Assembly (NCBI GenBank): GCA_964387775.1
Contig: CAYLZO010000002.1
Coordinates: 8,003 to 72,002, forward strand
Length of the DNA: 64,000 nt
Source of the DNA: an uncultured Anaerolineaceae bacterium
GTDB taxonomy: Bacteria; Chloroflexota; Anaerolineae; JAAYZQ01
Direction: 5' to 3'
This document shows, piece by piece, positions 24,401 through 32,557 of this stretch. The notes under the pieces are model-generated. The model had not been told where the DNA came from. It searched no databases and worked only from the letters and a program-made list of their open reading frames with translations. The position numbers and the translations under genes are program-made. Position 1 is the first letter of the stretch. Each line of letters begins with the position of its first letter.

Positions 24401-27400
24401 GGTGGTGTCAAAAATGCGGTTGACCTGTTGGTGGATCGTTTCCAGCAGGTCCTTCAACTCCAGGCTGGAGCTGATGGTCTGGCCCATCTCGTTGAGCACC
24501 GAAAGCTCGTTGATGCGCCGCTGGCGTTCCTCAAAGAGGGAGACGTTCTGGAAGGCGATGGCCGCCTGCCCGGCGACGGTGGCCAGCAGATTCAGGTGGC
24601 CCTCGTCAAAGGCATTTTCCTGGTCAAAACTCTGCACGGCGATGGCGCCGATGGCCCGGTCTTCGGCGATCATGGGCACGCCCAACCAGGATTTGGCCGG
24701 GTCTCGCTCCAGGGTCAGATCGTGCTCGCGCAGGAATTCGGTGGTGCCGTGGGTCAGCAGGATCGGCTCGCCGGTGCTGATGAGGTAGCTGGTGAGCCCC
24801 TGGCCCAGCTCGAGCTGGACCTTGGGCTGGCGCTGGCTGTTTTCCACCAGATATTCGACGTCGATGGTCTGGGCCTCGGCATCGTAGAGCGCGATGTGAA
24901 AGTTCCGGGTGTCCAGGAGTTTGCCGACCTGGGTGTAGATCATCTCGGCCAGTTGCTCGGCGTCGAGCGCGCTGCTGATGGCCCGGCCGATCTCGTTGAT
25001 CGTGGCCAGCTCGGCGACGCGGCGCTGGGTCTCTTCAAAGAGGGAGGCGTTTTGGATGGCGACGGCCAACTGGTCGGCTGCGATCTCGAGGGAGGCGGCG
25101 TCTTCTTCTGTAAAGGCCCCGGCGTGATCCGCTTCGGCGTGTAGAACCCCCGCCACCCTCTCTGCAATGCGGATGGGGACCGAGAGGCTGGCCGGCGCAT
25201 CCCAGGCCCCGGTGCGATAGTATCGCTCGTCAGTGCGTGTATCGTTTACGAGCACGGTCTCGCCCTCGGCGGCCGCTGTGCCGATCAGGCCCTGGCCCGG
25301 CGCCTGCCGATAGTTGGACGGGATGACGTCCCAGAAGCTCTCGTTGGCCGCGGCTACGGCCAGCTCGCCGGACTTTTCGTCCACCAGCAGGACGGCCACG
25401 CGAAAGTAGCCCAGGTTTTGATGCAGGGCGTTGACCGTCGTCTCTAGCATCTCTTGCAGTTCGAGTTGGGCAGCGGCCCGGCGGCCGATGACGTTCAGCA
25501 GCGAAAGCTGCACGGCCGCCTGCTGCGTGCCGGCAAAGAGGCGGGCGCTTTCGAGGACCACTGCGGCCTGGTCGGCCAGGGTGCTGAGCAAGACCTCGTC
25601 CGATTGGGAGAAGGCGTGGGTCTCGGTGCTCCCCGCGGTCAGTACGCCAATGACCTGCCGGCCGGCCATCATCGGCACGCAGATCATCGAACCGATGGGG
25701 CTGGGACCCTCGACGAAGCGGGGTTCACGGCTGGCGTCGGGGACCAGCAGGGGGCTGCCCGTCGCCGCCACGTGGCCGACCAGCCCCTCGCCGAGGCCGA
25801 AGCGGAGGTCGGCCAGCTCGTCGGGGCTGGGACCCTGGCTGGCGACCGCCACAAAGAGTCCGTGTACCGGGTCGGGCTGAAAGACGGCGCTCAGGTCGCA
25901 TTGCAGCATCTCGCTCACGGCCCGAACCGCCGTGTTGCGTACGTGGTCGGGGTCCAGCACCTGGGTCAGCGAGCGCCCGACTTCGTTGATGCGGGCCAGG
26001 TTGTCGGCCCGGGTTTGGGCGTCGCTGTAGAGTTGGGTGTTCTCGGCAGCGATGGCGGCCTGGTTGGCAAAGATGGCCAGGGCTTCGAGGGTCTGGCGGG
26101 AGGGCCGCCGGTCGTCCCGGGGATCGTCCACCGAGATGATGCCCAGCAGCCGCCCGCCACTGCCCCGCAGCGGGGCGAGGAGCATGTCGTTGGCGTGCCA
26201 CTGCCCCTCCTGCCAGTCGCCCCGGCCGACCATCGGGGCGTGGGTGTGGAGTTTGGCCGCCCAATCCTCCCGTTTTTGAAAGGGGAAGAAGTAGCAGAGA
26301 CCCTGGCGGTACTCCTCGCGCAAGATTTTTTCGTAGCGCGCTACGGGCTGGCGGACCTTTTGCAGTTGCTCAAAGGCGCGAAGTGTCAGACCGGCGGCGG
26401 CCATGCGTCGCAGGGTGGGCCGGGTGCTCTGCCAGTTCTCGACTACGCTGATGAGCACCACGTTAAAGCCGACCGTCTCCTGGATGGCGTAGGCGATCTC
26501 TTCCAGCGCCTCTCCCAGCGGCACGTCGGCGCGGAGCTTCTGGCTGATCTCCAGCAGGCGGCCCATCTGCTCGGTGCGATGGCGCAGGCGGGTGTTGGCC
26601 CGGATCTGGTCCTCGTAGCGCAGGGCATTGCCGATGGCGATGGCCGCTTGCTCGGCCAGCGATTGGACAAAGGTCAGGTCGTCCTGGTCAAAGGCCTCGA
26701 CGTCGGTGTGGCGCAGGTTGATGAGGCCCACGACGACCTGTTCGTAGAAAATGGGCACGACGAGGGCCGATCGGGTATCCTGCCGCACGCAGACGCTGCA
26801 CGTCTCCCGGCGGGCATCGTCGACGATGCGGGCCTCGCCGCTGCGGCTGACCTGGAGGGTCAGGCTGTCGCCGCTGGCGTCGAGCAGCAGCGCTTCGATG
26901 TCGGCCTGCTCTTCGGGCGAGTAGCCCTGGCTGGTTCGCAGCGAGAGTTCCCCCGTCTCCCTGTCGGTGAGCATCAGGTTGCCGTGGGTGGCGCCCGTCG
27001 TCTGCACCGCCGACTCGAGGACGACCTGGAGGATGTGGTCGAGGGCCAGCGTGGCGTTGAGCTCCTCGATGGTGTGTTGCAGGGCGGTCAATTCCTCCAG
27101 GCGGGCGCGCAGACGCTCGTCAGTCTGTTCGTAGAGCCGGGCGTTCTCGATGGCCACGGCGGCCTGGTTGGCCAGGGCTTGGCCCAGGCGGACGTCGGCC
27201 TCGGAAAACTCGCGGACGTGGCGGCTCTCGTACAGCTCCAAGAGCCCGACGACGTTGTCGCGGGCGATGAGGGGCATCATCATCAGCGATTTTTGCTGCA
27301 TCTCTTTGAGCAGCGCCACCTCAGCCTCGTCGGCGTCTGGATCGTCAACCTGAATCACGACCGGCTGGCGGCGTTTCAGAGCTTCGGCTGTGGCGGGATA

Positions 27401-30370
27401 GTCGTCCAGGGGGTAGGCCACGCCGACGTCTGACGGTGGCAGGCCAGGGATGACGTCCTCGTGCACCAGGGTCGTGACCAGGCCTCGCTCCGGGTCCCAA
27501 TCGGAGATGCTGCACGTCGAGACGTTCAGGGCGCGGGCCATCTGCCGGGCCACGGTCTGGAGGACCTCGTCGAGGGCCAGGCTCGAAGAAATGGCCGCGC
27601 TCGTTTCGAACAGGATGCCCAGCTCGCGGAGCCGTTCTTGCTGGGCTTCAAAGAGGCGGGCGTTGTCGACCACGGTGCCGGCCTGCCAGGCGATGGCATT
27701 GGCGACCTGGAGTTCTTCCTGGCTAAATTCGCGCTTCTCCGTGCTCCACACGAGATAGACGCCGCCGATGACTTGGTCGCGGGCCACCATCGGGGCAAAG
27801 AGGGTGGTCTCGTTGGGAAAGGCTTCGAGGGTCGCCGGGTCCAGCCGCGGATCGTGGGTTGGGTCCAGGCTATAGACGGCCTGGTGGGTCTGCCACGCTT
27901 CTTCGATGAAGGGATGGCCCTCGATGGGGACCCGAAAATCGCGATAGAGTTCCAATTTGTCCTTGGGAATGTGGTAGCCGGCGACGGCCCGCAGGCGGGT
28001 GCCCGTTTCGTCGGGCAAATAGACGCCGGCCATGTCGGCGTCTAGGGCGCGGCACATCTGCCGGGCGACCTGGCGGACCGTCTCGGTCAGGTCGAGGGTC
28101 GAGCCGATGGCCTCGCTGACCCGGAGCAGGAGCTGGGTCTGCTCGAATTGCTGCTCGGTCTCTTGGTAGAGACGGGCGTTCTGGATAGCGACGGCCGCCT
28201 GGTCGGCGATGATCTGTAGGATCGCGAGGTCGTCGGCGTTGTACGCGTCCAACTCGTCGCTGGCAATTTCCAGCGTGCCCACCAGCTCGTCACCGGTCTT
28301 GAGGGGCAGGCCCAGATAGGAGCGGAGCGGCGTGGCTTCTGCCTCCATCTTGGGGCGCACGTCGTGGCGGACGGGGATGTCGGCGATCAAGAGGTGTTCC
28401 TGGTGGCGGGCGATCCAGCCGGTGTAGCCCTCGTCGAGGTGGTAGATGCCGCCGCTGGCCGCCGTGTAGCGCGGGTCGCCGGCGCTGGCGTGGGTGATCA
28501 TCACCTGGTCCGTCTCGTCCCAGAGGCAGATCTCGGCGATGTAATAGTCCACCAGGTCTTTGACGCGGGCCAGGATGAGGTTGAGGGTCCGCTCCAGGTC
28601 GAGGCTGGTGCGGATTTCGCGGCCGATCTCGCCGATGGTGCGGAGCATCCGAACGCGCTGCCGCTCCTCTTCAAAGATGCGGGCGTTCTCCATGGCGATG
28701 GCGGCCTGGTTGGCAAAGGTCTTGAGCGTGTCGAGCTCGACAGAGCTGAACGAGTGCGGCTCGGCGAAATAGACGGTCAGCGTGCCGAGGTTGGCCTCGC
28801 GGCCGCGCAAGGGAAGATCGGCCAGGGCACGGAATCCCTCGCGCCGGGCCAGAGGTAGAAAGTCGGCCAGTTCGGGCTCGTCCTCGATGTCGGACACGAC
28901 CAAGGGTTCCTTGGCCAGTGTGGCCCTGGCCCGGCTGTCGGGCGTGACCTCGACGTCCTGGGCTCCGGCGACGTATTCGTCGCTGAGGCCGTGGCTCACT
29001 CTCAGGCTGACCCGGTCCTCCTCCAGGACAAAGATGGCGGCCTTTTGGCAATTGGATACTTCGATGACCGAGTCGAGGATCGTGGTGAGCACTTGCTCGG
29101 AGTCGAGCACCGAGCTGACCGTGGCCGAGACCTCGTTCAGGGTGGCCAGGTTGGCGGCGCGGCGTTGCTCTTCGCGAAAGAGGCGGGCGTTCTCCAACGC
29201 AATGCCGACGTGGTCGGCCAGGTGCTCCATGAAGTGGAGATCGTCCGGTGTGAAGGCGGCCGGCCGGTCACTCTCCAGGTTGAGCACGCCGATGACCTGT
29301 TCGGTGCCCTCGCCTGTTCCGCGTCTCTTGATCGGCACCGCGACCTCGGAGCGGGTGGTCTCGCTGACGGCTTCATAGTCCGGATCGGTCCGCACGTCGT
29401 CGATGCGGGTCGGCTCGCCGCTGCGAACGACCCGGCCGACGATGCCCCGATCCACCGGCCACGCCCGGGTCCCGGTGACGGCTTTCTGGTCGGCGCCTGA
29501 CGGGCCGGAGAAACGGGCCTCCAGCCGCTCTCCGTCGTCGCTGAGCGTGCCGATCATGCCGCTGCTGGCGTTGCAGGCTTCGATGGCCCGTTTCAAAACC
29601 AGGTCAATGATCCGGTCGTAGTCGAGGTTGGTGCCCAGTTCGTGGTCGATCTCTTCGATGGTCGCCAGTTCCCGGTGGCGCCGGGTCAGGACTCGCTCGG
29701 TTTCCGCCAGTTGGGCTTCGGCCTGGGCCAGTTGGCGCCGGGTCTCGGCGTGGGCGCGGGCGTTTTCGAGGGCGACGGCGACCTGGGCCGCAAAGGTGGA
29801 GAGGAGCTCGAGGTCCTGGCTGCTGAACGGGGCGTCGTCGGCGCCGCTCCAGACTTCCAGGGCGCCAAGGGGATGGTCGGGGCCAAGGAGCGGCACGCAG
29901 AGCAGGGACCGAACCGGGAAGCCGGGGTCGGCGTCGGGGGCGTCGGCCCATTTTTCGTCCTGGGGCAGATCGTGGACGAGTAGGCCCCGTCCCGTTTTGA
30001 GGACGGTTCCGGCGATGCCCTCGCCGGCGACAGGCCGCCGGGCGAGGAATACGCCGGCGACGGGGCCCTCGGAGGCTCGAAATACCAACTGGCCGCTCTC
30101 GCCGTCCACCCAGGCCAGCGCGGCGGCTGTCGCCTCCAGGATCTCGACGGCCTGGGTCGCCGCCTGGCCGGCGACGACGTCGAATTCCAGGGAAGCCGAG
30201 ATCGCCTGCCCGGCCTCGTAGGCCTTTATCAGGCGCTGGAGGCGGTCGAACGCACCGTTCTCGCAGCCAGAGCCGTCGGACGGCATCGTTTGCTGGATTT
30301 CCTCCAGTGCTCGCGCCAGGCGGCTTTCCCTATCCGTTTTTAGGCTGGACATTTGTACACTCATGGCCAA
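21452..30370 (-). CDS. Giant cytoplasmic hybrid histidine kinase: 13xGAF - PAS - HisKA - HATPase - REC - REC (2972 aa)
   Basis: Single uninterrupted ORF. Thirteen GAF terminal-helix motifs were counted (see finding). Also PAS (LESIADGVLVIDHNGRVLLVNPAAEELLG), H-box (FISTVSHELRTPMTSIKGY) and G-box (GTGLGLSIVKMFVDMLGGQIWVES). Two receivers are present (KILVVEDDRDLALLL..LDIMLPDIDG and HLLVVDDDPDIRGFL..LDLRMPGIDG). The start is uncertain: TTG 30370 or ATG 30364. Confidence 0.85.
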   Translation of the reverse strand: MAMSVQMSSLKTDRESRLARALEEIQQTMPSDGSGCENGAFDRLQRLIKAYEAGQAISASLEFDVVAGQAATQAVEILEATAAALAWVDGESGQLVFRASEGPVAGVFLARRPVAGEGIAGTVLKTGRGLLVHDLPQDEKWADAPDADPGFPVRSLLCVPLLGPDHPLGALEVWSGADDAPFSSQDLELLSTFAAQVAVALENARAHAETRRQLAQAEAQLAETERVLTRRHRELATIEEIDHELGTNLDYDRIIDLVLKRAIEACNASSGMIGTLSDDGERLEARFSGPSGADQKAVTGTRAWPVDRGIVGRVVRSGEPTRIDDVRTDPDYEAVSETTRSEVAVPIKRRGTGEGTEQVIGVLNLESDRPAAFTPDDLHFMEHLADHVGIALENARLFREEQRRAANLATLNEVSATVSSVLDSEQVLTTILDSVIEVSNCQKAAIFVLEEDRVSLRVSHGLSDEYVAGAQDVEVTPDSRARATLAKEPLVVSDIEDEPELADFLPLARREGFRALADLPLRGREANLGTLTVYFAEPHSFSSVELDTLKTFANQAAIAMENARIFEEERQRVRMLRTIGEIGREIRTSLDLERTLNLILARVKDLVDYYIAEICLWDETDQVMITHASAGDPRYTAASGGIYHLDEGYTGWIARHQEHLLIADIPVRHDVRPKMEAEATPLRSYLGLPLKTGDELVGTLEIASDELDAYNADDLAILQIIADQAAVAIQNARLYQETEQQFEQTQLLLRVSEAIGSTLDLTETVRQVARQMCRALDADMAGVYLPDETGTRLRAVAGYHIPKDKLELYRDFRVPIEGHPFIEEAWQTHQAVYSLDPTHDPRLDPATLEAFPNETTLFAPMVARDQVIGGVYLVWSTEKREFSQEELQVANAIAWQAGTVVDNARLFEAQQERLRELGILFETSAAISSSLALDEVLQTVARQMARALNVSTCSISDWDPERGLVTTLVHEDVIPGLPPSDVGVAYPLDDYPATAEALKRRQPVVIQVDDPDADEAEVALLKEMQQKSLMMMPLIARDNVVGLLELYESRHVREFSEADVRLGQALANQAAVAIENARLYEQTDERLRARLEELTALQHTIEELNATLALDHILQVVLESAVQTTGATHGNLMLTDRETGELSLRTSQGYSPEEQADIEALLLDASGDSLTLQVSRSGEARIVDDARRETCSVCVRQDTRSALVVPIFYEQVVVGLINLRHTDVEAFDQDDLTFVQSLAEQAAIAIGNALRYEDQIRANTRLRHRTEQMGRLLEISQKLRADVPLGEALEEIAYAIQETVGFNVVLISVVENWQSTRPTLRRMAAAGLTLRAFEQLQKVRQPVARYEKILREEYRQGLCYFFPFQKREDWAAKLHTHAPMVGRGDWQEGQWHANDMLLAPLRGSGGRLLGIISVDDPRDDRRPSRQTLEALAIFANQAAIAAENTQLYSDAQTRADNLARINEVGRSLTQVLDPDHVRNTAVRAVSEMLQCDLSAVFQPDPVHGLFVAVASQGPSPDELADLRFGLGEGLVGHVAATGSPLLVPDASREPRFVEGPSPIGSMICVPMMAGRQVIGVLTAGSTETHAFSQSDEVLLSTLADQAAVVLESARLFAGTQQAAVQLSLLNVIGRRAAAQLELQEMLETTVNALHQNLGYFRVAVLLVDEKSGELAVAAANESFWDVIPSNYRQAPGQGLIGTAAAEGETVLVNDTRTDERYYRTGAWDAPASLSVPIRIAERVAGVLHAEADHAGAFTEEDAASLEIAADQLAVAIQNASLFEETQRRVAELATINEIGRAISSALDAEQLAEMIYTQVGKLLDTRNFHIALYDAEAQTIDVEYLVENSQRQPKVQLELGQGLTSYLISTGEPILLTHGTTEFLREHDLTLERDPAKSWLGVPMIAEDRAIGAIAVQSFDQENAFDEGHLNLLATVAGQAAIAFQNVSLFEERQRRINELSVLNEMGQTISSSLELKDLLETIHQQVNRIFDTTNFYIATYQEGQEEWTLAFAQEHGEREPVARYSVKAGLTGYILRTREPILLRSLDEVVAFHEKYGIGQVGERARSWMGVPLVAADRIVGVMAIQDYTRDRVYDEQDLALFSTLAAGTAAAVRNAQLYRQIVDFSNELEDRVEARTRDLEQALEELTLERDRVETLYRITSELGTTLELERVLERALQLFADALGVTHGTIMLLDQESRFLELRATLNPVEVAVHWNKDEMPPEVIEIAVGERTPLKAGVGLAGWTVEHREPVLVPNIAEESRWLKIPGRELEIHSALAAPLSLGGGDILGVLTLGHPSIGFFTEEHLKLVTAAASQIAMAVNNSDLYAFITDQADQLGSMLQSQQEEAAKNQAVLESIADGVLVIDHNGRVLLVNPAAEELLGISAKALEGDHFRYMLGLGETPAQRELAQGLYSELRHRLEDPTSRDRLFETSTVRLEAGKRALAVNLAPLITAIGGAPGVVAALRDISREVEIERLKNEFISTVSHELRTPMTSIKGYTDLLFLGMAGGLSDSQRNFLQIIKANADRLTALVNDILDISRIETGRIRLNIEALDLREIISQVELAFQEQYREKYITLECHVPKGLPEVRGDKDRVTQVLNNLIANAWQYTLEGGRVTVSATELDGFVRIDVADTGIGIAEDDAARIFDRFYRVDDPVVEEAGGTGLGLSIVKMFVDMLGGQIWVESEVDVGSTFSFTLPLATADAPDVDPDLLSPEATTVISRRPKILVVEDDRDLALLLRRQLEFEGYQVLLAGSGEDAIWLAREEQPQLITLDIMLPDIDGFVVLEKLKAHPLTSPIPVVIASAVLTEKDKGYALGAVDYVVKPFAEEKLLESIEQALRPHDDDAPRHLLVVDDDPDIRGFLEEALSFHGYHIRTAKNGREALDQVAESHPDLILLDLRMPGIDGYEVIRRLKSDEATLFIPIIVITASPVDKERDRVRVLGMGADQYVTKPLSIEGLVDEIKSAISER

Positions 30371-30442
30371 ACCATCACCAGCTTTTCAAATCTACCACTG
30401 CCAAAGATGTTCCAAGACACGCGATTCCGGGGAAGCCGCTGT

Positions 30443-31339
30443 TTACAATCCCTGCTGTGCCCGCCGGCGGGCATCGGCGGCGACCTCGGTGATCTCGCGG
30501 ATGTCGGCAAAGGGCGCTGTGTCGTATCGGATGAGACCGACGGCCAGCGTCATGAGCGGTTTCTCTTCGACGTTTCCGTCGCTGTCCACCACCTCGATGT
30601 GGCCGCGCTCCCGGTCTCTGAAATTGTAAAAGGTCATCACTTCTTCGTTGAAACGCTGCACGAGGCGTGCTTTCATCTCGGACGCGTGCTGGGGCAGCGT
30701 GATGATCATAAAGTCGTCGCCGCCGATGTGCCCGATAAAGTCCCCGCCCGTGCCGATCTCGTCTACGACTTCGGTCAGGAGCATGGCCGTGAAGCGCAAC
30801 ACGTCGTCACCGGCGACGAAACCGTACACGTCGTTAAAATCTTCGATGTTTTTGATGCCGATGTAGAGCACGGCCCAGTCGTCCCGGCGGATGATCTCGC
30901 GTAACTGCTCCTCGACGAGTTTGCTGCTGGGCAGGCCGGTCACGGGGCTGGTGAGGCTGAGCCAGCCGGCCCGCTGGATCGAGTTCTGCACCCGCAGGAG
31001 CAGGAGCTGGAGGTCGAAGGGCTTGGTGACGTAATCGTCAGCTCCGAGCTCCAGCCCAGCGATCTGATCGCTCCGTTCGTCCTTTTGCGTCAAAAAGATG
31101 ATGGGGATGTGGCTGGTGCGCAGGTTGCCCCTCAGCCGGCGGCAGACTTCGTAGCCGTTGATGTCGGGCAACATGATGTCCAGGATTACCAGGTTGGGCA
31201 GTTTGCGCCGGCACATCTCCAGGCCCTCTTGGCCCCGGGGAGCGACCATCGTTTCGTAGCCTTGGGAATCGAAGTAGATGCGGAGCATGTTCGAGATGTC
31301 AAAGTCGTCTTCGACGATGAGTATCCGTCCTTTGCTCAT
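30443..31339 (-). CDS. Response regulator: REC + GGDEF-family domain with a GGDDF motif
   Basis: RILIVEDDFDISNML ... LVILDIMLPDINGYE (REC). The C-terminal cyclase-like domain has YGFVAGDDVLRF and IGHIGGDDFMII. No RxxD I-site is visible upstream of the motif. Confidence 0.8.
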   Translation of the reverse strand: MSKGRILIVEDDFDISNMLRIYFDSQGYETMVAPRGQEGLEMCRRKLPNLVILDIMLPDINGYEVCRRLRGNLRTSHIPIIFLTQKDERSDQIAGLELGADDYVTKPFDLQLLLLRVQNSIQRAGWLSLTSPVTGLPSSKLVEEQLREIIRRDDWAVLYIGIKNIEDFNDVYGFVAGDDVLRFTAMLLTEVVDEIGTGGDFIGHIGGDDFMIITLPQHASEMKARLVQRFNEEVMTFYNFRDRERGHIEVVDSDGNVEEKPLMTLAVGLIRYDTAPFADIREITEVAADARRRAQQGL

Positions 31340-31383
31340 CCTATTTTACCTCCCCCACGAATTTCGTGTCTTGGAATCTATCC

Positions 31384-32469
31384 TCACGACGACCTCGGTT
31401 CTACTTTTCGCGCCTTGGCCTTGACGGCTTCGATCTCCTGATCGGTTAGGACTCGCTCAAAGCTGCGAAATCCGGAAAGGCGGAAGCCGTGTGTGGTCGC
31501 GAGCTCGGCAATCTCGTCCACCTTTTCCAGCGAGATCTCTTTGCCGAGTGTATAACATTCGTACCGTTCCTCCAGGGCCAGGATCATCGTCTCTGCCATG
31601 CAGGCATAGGCCTTGCCCGGCGGGAAGCCAAAGTCAAATCCAAAGTTGGCCTGACCGGGCACGTCCATCACGCCTCCCTCGATGACGAGTACGTCGTCTC
31701 GCTCGTCGGCCACGCAGCGGGAGACGTTTCGGGGCCGGGCCACGTCACAGACGACGGCGCCCGGCTTTAGATGGGCCGGCTCGATGATCGGCTCGACGGC
31801 GCTGGTTACGGTGAGCACCACGTCGGCTTGCCGGACGTCGGCCAGCCGGGTGCTGGTGGTGGCCCGAGCGCCCAGCAGCTCGACCTGCCCCTTGACCCTC
31901 TCCAACCGGGCTGCGTCCCGGCCGACGAGCAGCAGGTGGGGCACCGTCCGGGCCAGAAGTTGGGCGCAAGCCTGGCCGATGGCGCCGTAGGCCCCGACCA
32001 CGGCGGCCAGGCAGCGGCCGGGTTCGAGGCCCATGCGCCGGGCGGCTTCCAGCGCCGCCTCGACCGCTACGGCAATGGTCAGGCTGTTGCCCGTCGTTAC
32101 CGGAATGGACAGTTTGCGCGAGACCGTCATGCCCGCGTCGCCGACGACCGACGTAAAGGCCCCCAGGCCGAGAATTCGCGCCCCCTGGCGCTCGGCGAGG
32201 TGCCCCGTCTGGACGATCTTGTTGTAGGCTGCCGAGACCGGGATCTCGAGCATCCGCTTAGGCGTGACCGGGCAGGCGACCAACCAGCCCTCGATCTCGG
32301 CACCGGTAGCTTTGGAGCGGATGCCGGTGACGTGACTCAGATACACCGGCGGGAAGTAGCGCGAAAAGTAGTCGATGACGTTCGCGGGCAACTTGCCCAG
32401 CAAGGGAAACTTGCGGGCTACGTCCTTTTGCGGCTCGATGGGATGGATCATGAAGGCAAAGTTGTTCAT
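31384..32469 (-). CDS. Acyl-ACP reductase-like NAD(P)-dependent oxidoreductase (cyanobacterial AAR / shikimate-DH-like family)
   Basis: 361 aa. GLGAFTSVVGD, VTTGNSLTIAV, Rossmann segment AAVVGAYGAIGQACAQLL and YACMAETMILALEE are collinear with recalled S. elongatus AAR motifs (GGFTSI, TTGNTHTAYV, VAVVGATGDIGSAV, FACFAEAMLLEFEG). Confidence 0.6.
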   Translation of the reverse strand: MNNFAFMIHPIEPQKDVARKFPLLGKLPANVIDYFSRYFPPVYLSHVTGIRSKATGAEIEGWLVACPVTPKRMLEIPVSAAYNKIVQTGHLAERQGARILGLGAFTSVVGDAGMTVSRKLSIPVTTGNSLTIAVAVEAALEAARRMGLEPGRCLAAVVGAYGAIGQACAQLLARTVPHLLLVGRDAARLERVKGQVELLGARATTSTRLADVRQADVVLTVTSAVEPIIEPAHLKPGAVVCDVARPRNVSRCVADERDDVLVIEGGVMDVPGQANFGFDFGFPPGKAYACMAETMILALEERYECYTLGKEISLEKVDEIAELATTHGFRLSGFRSFERVLTDQEIEAVKAKARKVEPRSS

Positions 32470-32557
32470 CGTCTAGCCCGCTTGGAGCAAAGGTGGCCTG
32501 CTCCCCGGCGATTCGGTGTATGTGCGTCCCTTCCCCTCGCTCAATCATGACTCCCTG

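Noticed and set aside
21452-30370. Regular roughly 0.5-kb periodic DNA similarity that could suggest a repeat array or a CRISPR-like structure.
   Set aside because: The periodicity is the conserved GAF linker helix within one continuous ORF. The repeats are long, diverged and protein-coding, and there is no short repeat/spacer organisation.
31384-32469. Possible cyanobacterial-type alkane operon (AAR plus aldehyde-deformylating oxygenase).
   Set aside because: No ferritin-like di-iron ADO ORF (EX28-29EX2H motifs) is adjacent or elsewhere in the window. Only the reductase-like gene is present.
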